From contig JACQOK010000121.1 of assembly GCA_016202565.1 (NCBI GenBank), forward strand, positions 1-43,500: DNA of 43,500 nt, given 5' to 3'. Below, one piece after another: positions 9,003 through 19,467 of the stretch. The notes under the pieces were generated by a model that was given only the letters and a program-made list of their open reading frames with translations, made no database searches and was not told the DNA's origin. Numbering within the stretch: the first letter of the stretch is position 1; every line of letters begins with the position of its first letter. This stretch comes from Betaproteobacteria bacterium. GTDB taxonomy: Bacteria > Pseudomonadota > Gammaproteobacteria > Burkholderiales > SG8-41. The position numbers and the translations under genes were made by a program.

Positions 9003-9419
9003 TCAACGGGTGCTGGAAGCGGACGGCAACGCACCGAGGTCCAAACCCGGCGCCGGTGTCCAGCCGGGCGTCGCGTGCTCCGCGACGACAGTAGTGAAAA
9101 TCCCGCCGCGCACATGAAAGCGCGCCGTCAGCCGCATGAAGCGCGGCCGGGTTGCCTTGACCAGATCGTCCAGAATGCGGTTCGTGACGGCTTCGTGAAA
9201 TGCGCCCTCGTCGCGGTACGACCAGATGTAGAGCTTGAGGCTTTTCAGCTCCACGCACAGCCGGTCTGGAACGTAATCGAGGACGAGCGTGGCGAAGTCA
9301 GGCTGGCCGGTTTTCGGACACAGGCAAGTAAATTCCGGTATTTCCATGTGAATCCGGTAATCGCGCCGGGGCGTCGGGTTGGCGAACGTGTGCAGCCGCC
9401 TGCTCGGTTTGGTCGGCAT
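9003..9419 (-). CDS. queF: NADPH-dependent 7-cyano-7-deazaguanine (preQ0) reductase, type I
   Basis: ORF 9003..9419. It carries the QueF signature [23 protein letters not shown] together with [20 protein letters not shown]. Confidence 0.9.
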   Translation of the reverse strand: MPTKPSRRLHTFANPTPRRDYRIHMEIPEFTCLCPKTGQPDFATLVLDYVPDRLCVELKSLKLYIWSYRDEGAFHEAVTNRILDDLVKATRPRFMRLTARFHVRGGIFTTVVAEHATPGWTPAPGLDLGALPSASSTR

Positions 9420-9504
9420 AGGTTCTAGCGTAACGGTGCAAATCGGTTAAAATGACCAGCTGATTTCGCTCGAATTATAACCTTACCGACAACAGCAGAA
9501 AAAA

Positions 9505-12500
9505 TTGCGCCTCACTCAGATCAACCTCGCCGGCTTCAAGTCATTCGTAGATCCCACCCGTATTCCCGTCCCCGGACAGCTGGTCGGCGTCGTTGGCCCC
9601 AACGGCTGCGGCAAGTCGAATGTGATCGACGCCGTGCGCTGGGTGCTCGGAGAGACCTCCGCGCGCCATTTGCGCGGCGAGACCATGCAGGACGTGTTGT
9701 TCAACGGCTCGGGCGAGCGCAAGCCGGTCAATCGCGCGAGCGTTGAACTCATTTTCGACAACAGTCTCGGCAAGGCGGCGGGCCAGTGGTCGAAGTATGC
9801 CGAAATCTCGATCAAGCGGGTATTGCAGCGCGACGGCGATTCATCCTATTACATCAACAACATTCATGTGCGCAGGCGGGACGTCGCCGATATCTTTCTC
9901 GGGACCGGCCTGGGCAGCCGCGCCTACGCGATCATCGAGCAGGGCATGATTTCACGCGTGATCGAAGCCAAGCCCGAGGAGCTGCGCGTTTTCCTGGAGG
10001 AGGCCGCCGGGGTTTCGAAGTACCGTGAGCGCCGGCGCGAGACCGAACTGAGACTCAAAGATACGCGCGAAAACCTGCTGCGCGTCGACGATATCCGCCA
10101 GGAACTCGACAAGCAGATCGAGCACCTGCAGACCCAGGCGGAGGTCGCCCGGCGTTACCATGCGTTGCACGGCGAGTTGCAGACGACGCAAAGCCTCCTG
10201 TGGCTCACCAGGAAACAGGAAGCGGCGGCAAGTCGCAACCGCTATGCCAGGGAAATCGAGCGACTCGGCATTGAGCTCGAGGCCGAGACTGCGAAGCTGC
10301 GGGAAGCCGAAAAACGTCTGGAGGAGATGCGCTCGCAGCATTACCGGGCGAGTGATGAGATGCACGCCGCGCAGGGCGCGCTCTACGAGGCGAACGCGGA
10401 AGTCGCCCGGCTCGAGCAGCAGATCGCGCACGTGCGCGACAGCCGGAACCGCATCGAACACCAGCTGGCCACGGTGCGTTCACAACTCGAACACAACGAG
10501 TCGCAGCTTGCGGCGGCGCACGGCAGCCTGGGTGAATGGCGCAGTGAAAAGTCACGGGCCGAAGAACAGGTCGCAGGGCGTGCCGCGCTGGTCGCCCAGG
10601 AAGGCGAAAAGCTGCCGGTGGCGGAAGAAACCTATCGCGCAACCAACACTCGCCGCGACGAACTGCAGCGCAGCCTGGCCGGCGCCGAGCAGGCATTGCA
10701 GGTCGAACAGACGAAACTCGCCCATGCCGAGCGCCTGCTCGAACAACTGGCGCAGCGTGGAGAGCGTCTGCTGGAAGAACAGGCTTCGCTGCAGGGGCCG
10801 GATGCGGCGGCGATGGACAGCCTGCGGCAGGAAATGCAGGCGCTCGAGCAGGCCCTGCACGAGCAGCGCGCGACGCTTGCGCAGAAGGAGCGCCTGGTGC
10901 CGCAGCTCGAGGAGGATCTGCGCGGCAAGAACGATGCGCTCGATGCCGCCACGCAATGCCTGACCGGCATCGAAGCGCGAATTCACGCGCTGCAGCAGCT
11001 GCAGGACCGCCTCGCGCGAGGCGCGCAGATGGAGGCATGGCTTGCTGCGCGCGAGCTCGACCGGGCGCCGCGGCTATGGCAGGGGATCACGATCGAGGCC
11101 GGCTGGGAAGACGCACTGGAAGCCGTGCTGCGCGAGCGGCTGAACGGGATTGCGCTCGACAGCATCGAGCAATGTGCCGCGTGGCTCGGTGATGCGCCGC
11201 CCGGCAAGATGACCGTCGTCGGTGCCGGTGACGCGGACGTCGCAGCGGCTCACGATGCCGTAACGGGTTGTGAACCGTTGGTACGCCACGTCACCTGCCG
11301 GGACAGCCGGCTGCGGGCCGTTCTCGCGGAATGGTTGCACGACGTATTCGTTGTGGTCGATGCCGCCGCCGGAATGAGTCTGCGGGAGCGGTTACCGCTC
11401 GGCGCGTTGCTGGTTACCCGCGAAGGCCATGCGTTCACGCGCCACAGCGTGAGTTTCCACGCGCCCGATTCCGAATTGCACGGCGTGCTCTCGCGGCAGC
11501 GCGAAATCGAGCAGTTGCAGGAGACAATCGGCCGCGACCAGGCACAGCAGGTCGAACTCAAAGCCGCCGCCGCCGCCGCTGAGCGCGAGATCGAACAGCG
11601 CAAGGCCGAATCGGGCGCGCTGCGCCAGGCCATCGACGCGACGCAGCTACGCCATCACAGCCTGCAGATTGAAGCTTTGCGGCTGTCGGAACAAGCGCAG
11701 CGCCTGACCCAGCGGGGGGAGCAGGTTAGCGCGGAGTTGGAGGAAATCGCCGGGCAGACGGCGACCGAGACCGGCCATAAGGAGGCGGCCGCCGCCAACC
11801 TCGAGCGGCTGACGCGGGAAGCCGGGGAGTTCAGGGCGCAGTTGGACTTGGCGACCGACCTTTATCGGCGCGCCGAGGCGGTGCTTGAGCTGCAGCGCGC
11901 CGCCTTGCAGGAGGCGCAGCGCGAACATCAGGAAGCGTCATTTAGATTAAGGACATCAGAGAGTAAGATCAGTGAGATAGAAAGTTCAATTAATGTATTG
12001 TCTGAGAATATTTCCAGTCTCGGCGAAGCGCTCACGGCACTGCAATCCGAACTCGCGGGCTACGACGAAAAGCCGTGGCAGGAGCAACTGCAGCAGGCGC
12101 TTTCCAGACGCAGCGAGCGGACGCAAGCCTTGGCGCACGCGCGAGATGGACTCGAGGGGATGGAGTCGCAGCTGAAGGAGGTCGAGCAGGAGCGGCTGGC
12201 ATGCGAACAAAAACTCGATCCGTTGCGTGGGCGCATCGGCGAAATCAGGCTGAAGGAACAGGAGGCGCGGCTGGTCGAAGACCAGTTCACGCAACAGCTG
12301 GCACAGGCCGGGGCACGCGAGGAGGAGCTCAGGGCGTTGCTGGAGAAGGGCACCCGGTCCGGCGCGCTGCAGGGCGAAATCAACCGGCTGACCGAAGAGA
12401 TCAAGGGGCTGGGCGCAGTCAACCTCGCCGCGCTCGAGGAATTGCAGACGGCGCAGGAACGCAAGAATTATCTGGATGCGCAGTCGCGGGACCTGAGCGA

Positions 12501-13032
12501 GGCGATGACCACCCTCGAGGATGCGATTCGGCGCATCGACCGGGAAACGCGCGAGCGGCTGCAACAGACCTTCGACGAGGTGAACGGGCACTTTGGACAG
12601 ATGTTTCCGGCGCTGTTCGGCGGCGGGGTCGCCAGACTGGTGTTGAGCGGCGAGGAGATCCTCGACAGCGGCGTCCAGGTGATCGCTCAGCCACCGGGGA
12701 AGAAGAACACGACCATTCATCTGTTATCCGGCGGCGAAAAGGCGCTCACGGCACTCGCCCTGGTATTCTCGATATTTCAGCTCAACCCCGCGCCGTTCTG
12801 CCTCCTTGACGAGGTTGATGCGCCACTCGATGATCACAACACGGAACGCTTCTGCGACCTGGTCAGGAAAATGTCCGAACAATCGCAATTCCTGTTCATC
12901 AGCCACAACAAGATCACCATGGAGATCGCCCATCAGCTCCTTGGCATTACGATGCAGGAGCCCGGCGTCTCGCGGGTGGTGGCGGTCGATATCGAGGAGG
13001 CCATGAAACTCACCGAAGAAGCGGTCGCCTGA
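9505..13032 (+). CDS. smc: Chromosome partition protein Smc
   Basis: ORF 9505..13032, 1175 aa, with a TTG start. It has Walker A GPNGCGKSN, long coiled coils, a hinge near the middle, the signature LSGGEKALTALALVF and Walker B FCLLDEVDAPLD. Confidence 0.95.
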   Translation: MRLTQINLAGFKSFVDPTRIPVPGQLVGVVGPNGCGKSNVIDAVRWVLGETSARHLRGETMQDVLFNGSGERKPVNRASVELIFDNSLGKAAGQWSKYAEISIKRVLQRDGDSSYYINNIHVRRRDVADIFLGTGLGSRAYAIIEQGMISRVIEAKPEELRVFLEEAAGVSKYRERRRETELRLKDTRENLLRVDDIRQELDKQIEHLQTQAEVARRYHALHGELQTTQSLLWLTRKQEAAASRNRYAREIERLGIELEAETAKLREAEKRLEEMRSQHYRASDEMHAAQGALYEANAEVARLEQQIAHVRDSRNRIEHQLATVRSQLEHNESQLAAAHGSLGEWRSEKSRAEEQVAGRAALVAQEGEKLPVAEETYRATNTRRDELQRSLAGAEQALQVEQTKLAHAERLLEQLAQRGERLLEEQASLQGPDAAAMDSLRQEMQALEQALHEQRATLAQKERLVPQLEEDLRGKNDALDAATQCLTGIEARIHALQQLQDRLARGAQMEAWLAARELDRAPRLWQGITIEAGWEDALEAVLRERLNGIALDSIEQCAAWLGDAPPGKMTVVGAGDADVAAAHDAVTGCEPLVRHVTCRDSRLRAVLAEWLHDVFVVVDAAAGMSLRERLPLGALLVTREGHAFTRHSVSFHAPDSELHGVLSRQREIEQLQETIGRDQAQQVELKAAAAAAEREIEQRKAESGALRQAIDATQLRHHSLQIEALRLSEQAQRLTQRGEQVSAELEEIAGQTATETGHKEAAAANLERLTREAGEFRAQLDLATDLYRRAEAVLELQRAALQEAQREHQEASFRLRTSESKISEIESSINVLSENISSLGEALTALQSELAGYDEKPWQEQLQQALSRRSERTQALAHARDGLEGMESQLKEVEQERLACEQKLDPLRGRIGEIRLKEQEARLVEDQFTQQLAQAGAREEELRALLEKGTRSGALQGEINRLTEEIKGLGAVNLAALEELQTAQERKNYLDAQSRDLSEAMTTLEDAIRRIDRETRERLQQTFDEVNGHFGQMFPALFGGGVARLVLSGEEILDSGVQVIAQPPGKKNTTIHLLSGGEKALTALALVFSIFQLNPAPFCLLDEVDAPLDDHNTERFCDLVRKMSEQSQFLFISHNKITMEIAHQLLGITMQEPGVSRVVAVDIEEAMKLTEEAVA

Positions 13033-13048
13033 TAGAGAGCTGCCTGTT

Positions 13049-16152
<3,104 letters not shown>

Positions 16153-16182
16153 CCTACCGAAGGAATAGCGGATGGCAGGTAC

Positions 16183-17064
16183 ATGGGCAAAGTGACCAAA
16201 GCGGTGTTTCCCGTCGCGGGCATGGGCACGCGTTTCCTGCCGGCGACGAAGGCGAGTCCCAAGGAGATGATGCCGGTGGTCGACAAGCCGCTGATCCAGT
16301 ATGCGGTGGAAGAGGCCGTTGCCGCAGGCGTCACCGAAATGATTTTTGTCACCGGGCGCAACAAGCGCCCGATCGAGGATCATTTCGACAAGGCGTTCGA
16401 ACTCGAGGCTGAGCTGGAACAGCGCGGCAGGAAGCGGCTGCTGCAGATGGTGCGCAACATCATTCCGCGCCGCGTATCGTGCGTCTATCTGCGGCAGCCG
16501 CAGGCGCTCGGACTGGGGCACGCGATCCTGTGCGCGGAGTCAGTGGTCGGCAACGTGCCGTTTGCCGTGGTGCTGGCCGATGATCTGATCGATGGCGAGC
16601 CGCCCGTGCTCCGGCAAATGGCAGAAGTATTCGAGCGTCACGCGTGCTCGGTCATTGCGGTGCAGAAAGTGGCGCGCAGTGAAACGCGGCAGTATGGCAT
16701 CGTCAAGCTGGACGGCAGCACCCGCGCGCCGCACCGCATCGCGGGAATGGTGGAAAAGCCTGCACCGAGCGCGGCGCCGTCCACGCTGGGCGTGGTCGGC
16801 CGCTACATTCTGACACCGCGCATCTTTCATCACCTGCGGCGCATCAAGCCCGGAACGGGTGGCGAGATCCAGCTCACCGACGGCATCGCCGGGCTGCTTA
16901 CGGAGGAAGACGTGTTGGCCTATGAATTCGCCGGCATCCGCTATGATTGCGGCAGCAAACTCGGCTATCTCAAGGCGAATCTGGCCTACGCGCTCAAGCA
17001 CCCCGAAGTGGCGGCGGAGCTGCGCAAGTATATGAAAACTGTAGTTTCTCGCTTCGATCGTTGA
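16183..17064 (+). CDS. galU: UTP--glucose-1-phosphate uridylyltransferase
   Basis: ORF 16183..17064. It has the N-terminal motif [24 protein letters not shown] and a VEKP motif. Confidence 0.93.
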   Translation: MGKVTKAVFPVAGMGTRFLPATKASPKEMMPVVDKPLIQYAVEEAVAAGVTEMIFVTGRNKRPIEDHFDKAFELEAELEQRGRKRLLQMVRNIIPRRVSCVYLRQPQALGLGHAILCAESVVGNVPFAVVLADDLIDGEPPVLRQMAEVFERHACSVIAVQKVARSETRQYGIVKLDGSTRAPHRIAGMVEKPAPSAAPSTLGVVGRYILTPRIFHHLRRIKPGTGGEIQLTDGIAGLLTEEDVLAYEFAGIRYDCGSKLGYLKANLAYALKHPEVAAELRKYMKTVVSRFDR

Positions 17065-17136
17065 GGTGCCAGGACCGGTCACGCGGCGTATCGATGCGTG
17101 CTAATATTCTGCCTGGCGCAGCAGAGGACGGTTCCA

Positions 17137-17505
17137 ATGCCGGGAAAGCTCATGATCGTGATGGTGAATACCGACCCCAACAACGGCTCGGAACTCGGTG
17201 CCCCGTTTTTCCAGGCGACCGTCGCGGCGGCGATGGATTATGAGGTCGAGGTCATTCTCACGGCGCGCGCGGGCGAGCTTGCAAAAAAAGGGGTGGCGGA
17301 AAAACTCTACGTCAAGGAGGGCTCCCCCAAAAGCGTGTACGATTTCATCCGGGACGCCCATGAAGCCGGTGTGCGCTTCAAGGTGTGTACGCCGACGCTC
17401 GACCTCTGGGGCAACGATCTGATTCCCGAAATCGAGGAAACCGTCGGCGGCGCCTACGTCATCCAACAGGCGATGGATGACAACGTCGTCACGTTTACCT
17501 ATTGA
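17137..17505 (+). CDS. DsrE/DsrF-like family small protein (function unknown)
   Basis: ORF 17098..17505. The start is placed at ATG 17137 (MPGKLMIVMVNTDPNNGSELGAPF). At about 122 aa it resembles DsrE-fold (sulfur-relay-like) proteins. This assignment is by recollection and is not verified. Confidence 0.55.
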   Translation: MPGKLMIVMVNTDPNNGSELGAPFFQATVAAAMDYEVEVILTARAGELAKKGVAEKLYVKEGSPKSVYDFIRDAHEAGVRFKVCTPTLDLWGNDLIPEIEETVGGAYVIQQAMDDNVVTFTY

Positions 17506-18120
17506 GTGAAGCTTCCCGCCGACCAAGCCTGGGAAATTCTCAACTCGGCGGAGCAGCTCTGTTCCGTCAGCATGGTCTCTGAAGCGGTCGAGCGCATTGC
17601 GCAGGAGATAAGCCGCAAGCTTCGGGACCGCAATCCGCTGGTGCTGGGCGTCATGCGCGGCAGCGTGGTATTTGCCGGGCGGCTGCTTCCTCTGCTCCGA
17701 TTCCCGCTCGAGTTCGACTATCTGGATGTCACGCGCTATGGCGATACCACCCGCGGCGGCTCCATCAACTGGAAAGTGAGCCCCGGGACTGCGGTCGCCG
17801 GCAGAGTGGTCCTGGTCGTCGATGATATACTCGACCAGGGACACACGCTGGCAGCGATCCGCGGCAAAATGCTGGAGGCGGGCGCGCAGGAGTTCTACAG
17901 CGCGGTATTCGCTGACAAGGACATCGGGCGCGCGAAGCCCGTTACCGCCGATTTCATCGGTGTCAGACTTCCCAACCGCTACGTGTTTGGCTTTGGCATG
18001 GACGTAAGAGGCGTCTGGCGCAATCTTCCCGCGATATACGCTCTCAAAGAGGATCAAGGATCAGGGATCGGGGATCAGGGATCGAGGATTGAGGATCGAG
18101 GATCGAGAGACAAAGCGTGA
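17506..18120 (+). CDS. hpt: Hypoxanthine-guanine phosphoribosyltransferase
   Basis: ORF 17506..18120. The GTG start directly follows the stop of the upstream gene. It has the PRPP-binding motif VVLVVDDILDQGHTL. The last ~20 codons (GSGIGDQGSRIEDRGSRDKA) are encoded by the heptamer repeat of locus C. Confidence 0.88.
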   Translation: MKLPADQAWEILNSAEQLCSVSMVSEAVERIAQEISRKLRDRNPLVLGVMRGSVVFAGRLLPLLRFPLEFDYLDVTRYGDTTRGGSINWKVSPGTAVAGRVVLVVDDILDQGHTLAAIRGKMLEAGAQEFYSAVFADKDIGRAKPVTADFIGVRLPNRYVFGFGMDVRGVWRNLPAIYALKEDQGSGIGDQGSRIEDRGSRDKA

Positions 18121-18185
18121 TCTGTTCGTGTAGCGAAGCGTGCTGTGCTGTGTTTTACTCCATCCTCCATCCTCAATCCTGAACT
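18050..18185. repeat. Heptamer-tandem inverted repeat (hairpin locus C, the largest)
   Basis: The left arm has 8 tandem heptamers of the form NNGGATY (GAGGATC AAGGATC AGGGATC GGGGATC AGGGATC GAGGATT GAGGATC GAGGATC, 18050-18105). The right arm is TCCATCC TCCATCC TCAATCC TGAAC (18160-18185). The arms are complementary over about 24 nt with 2-3 mismatches, including a perfect 12-mer (AGGATTGAGGAT). A 50-nt spacer separates them. Confidence 0.8.
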
Positions 18186-18186
18186 T

Positions 18187-18933
18187 ATGCTGGCAATCAT
18201 CGGCGGCAGCGGGCTGACGCGCCTCGCCAATCTGGACGTGCAGCGCCGCCAGGTGGTGCGCACCCCCTACGGCGAACCGTCGGGCGCGCTGACCTTCGGT
18301 ACGATTCAGGGGCGAGAGGTGATATTTCTCGCCCGCCATGGCTACGGTCATACCATCCCGCCGCACGAGGTGAACTACCGTGCCAACATCTGGGCGCTCC
18401 ATTCAAAGCATGTGCGCGACATCGTGTCCGTCGCTGCGGTCGGGGGCATCCACGCCGATCTCACACCGGGAACGCTGGCCGTGCCGGACCAGATCATCGA
18501 CTATACCCATGGCCGCAAGTTCACCTTCTTGAGCAGTACCGACCACAGCGTCACGCACGTGGATTTCACTTTTCCCTATTGCGAATCGCTGCGGCAGCGA
18601 CTGCTCAATGCCGCCGCAGAAGCCGCAGAGCGGATCGTTGCCGGTGGCACCTATGCCGCGACCCAGGGGCCGCGCCTGGAAACGGCGGCGGAGATCAACC
18701 GCCTTGAGCGCGACGGTGCCGACATGGTGGGGATGACCGGCATGCCGGAAGCCGCGCTCGCCCGCGAAATGGGCCTGTGTTATGCGGCGATCGCCGTAGT
18801 CGTCAACTACGCCGCGGGCCGCGGCGGCAGCGCGCAGGGCATCCGCCTTGCAGACATCACTGCAGTATCACAGGAGGCCATGGCCCGGGTGCGCAACATT
18901 CTTGATCGGTTGGTGGTGCACGATGACGACTAG
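18187..18933 (+). CDS. S-methyl-5'-thioinosine / 5'-methylthioadenosine phosphorylase family (PNP-I fold)
   Basis: ORF 18145..18933. The start is placed at ATG 18187 ([13 protein letters not shown]). [25 protein letters not shown] and [12 protein letters not shown] match MTAP/MTIP-type phosphorylases. Confidence 0.85.
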   Translation: MLAIIGGSGLTRLANLDVQRRQVVRTPYGEPSGALTFGTIQGREVIFLARHGYGHTIPPHEVNYRANIWALHSKHVRDIVSVAAVGGIHADLTPGTLAVPDQIIDYTHGRKFTFLSSTDHSVTHVDFTFPYCESLRQRLLNAAAEAAERIVAGGTYAATQGPRLETAAEINRLERDGADMVGMTGMPEAALAREMGLCYAAIAVVVNYAAGRGGSAQGIRLADITAVSQEAMARVRNILDRLVVHDDD

Positions 18934-19456
18934 AACCGTGCTCAGGATGGGCGACCCGCGCCTGCTTGAGCAGGCGCAGCCGGTCGCGGAACTGGATACT
19001 GCGGAACTGCACGAACTGATTGCCGACATGCAGGACACGATGGCAGCACTCAACGGGGCCGGGCTCGCCGCGCCGCAGATAGGCGTCGGGCTCCAGGTTG
19101 TGATCTTCGGGGTGGATCACAATCCGCGTTATCCTGACGTGGAGCCGGTGCCTCGAACCGTCCTCATCAATCCGCAACTGACGGTACTGGGCGAAGAAAT
19201 GGAAGAGGGGTGGGAAGGCTGTCTCTCCGTTCCCGGGATGCGGGGGCTGGTGCCGCGCCACAAAACCGTGCGCTATCGCGGCTTCGACCAGCATGGAAAC
19301 TCCGTCGACCGCACCGTAACTGGCTTTCATGCGCGCGTGGTGCAGCACGAATGCGACCATCTTGCCGGGATTCTCTATCCGATGCGCATCCGCGACCTGC
19401 GCAATTTCGGATTCATTGAAGAGCTGTTCCCCGGCCAGGACATCGTTGCCGACTGA
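18923..19456 (+). CDS. def: Peptide deformylase
   Basis: ORF 18848..19456. The start is placed at ATG 18923 ([14 protein letters not shown]), overlapping the upstream gene by 11 nt. It has PDF motifs [18 protein letters not shown] and HECDHL. Confidence 0.9.
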   Translation: MTTRTVLRMGDPRLLEQAQPVAELDTAELHELIADMQDTMAALNGAGLAAPQIGVGLQVVIFGVDHNPRYPDVEPVPRTVLINPQLTVLGEEMEEGWEGCLSVPGMRGLVPRHKTVRYRGFDQHGNSVDRTVTGFHARVVQHECDHLAGILYPMRIRDLRNFGFIEELFPGQDIVAD

Positions 19457-19467
19457 TCCATGAAAGA

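Noticed and set aside
7706-9094. 462-aa ORF on the plus strand
   Set aside because: It is antisense to dapC and has no motifs, so it is a shadow ORF.
8894-9115. N-terminal extension of the dapC ORF (to 471 aa)
   Set aside because: The extension overlaps the queF 3' end and has no aminotransferase similarity. Homology-type sequence begins at [16 protein letters not shown] (GTG 8893).
9418-9426. 9-mer ATAGGTTCT matching the tip of the lpxA-lpxB element's right inverted repeat
   Set aside because: A 9-nt match is expected by chance in about 87 kb of two-strand sequence. The match does not extend, and it overlaps the queF start codon.
9430-9480. Possible divergent promoters between queF and smc (minus-strand TATAAT at 9474-9479, plus-strand TAAAAT at 9448-9453)
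   Set aside because: The -10-like hexamers are present, but I could not pair either with a convincing -35 at 16-18 nt. They are not reported as features.
10160-11038. 267-aa plus-strand and 277-aa minus-strand ORFs inside smc
   Set aside because: Both are alternative-frame or antisense ORFs inside the SMC coiled-coil region with extreme Arg/Ala/Pro/Ser bias. smc is continuous and has all its head motifs.
18050-18108. Possible CRISPR array or coding tandem repeat
   Set aside because: The units are only 7 nt with no spacers, so this is not a CRISPR array. It is treated as a simple-sequence/hairpin element that happens to be read through by the hpt ORF tail.
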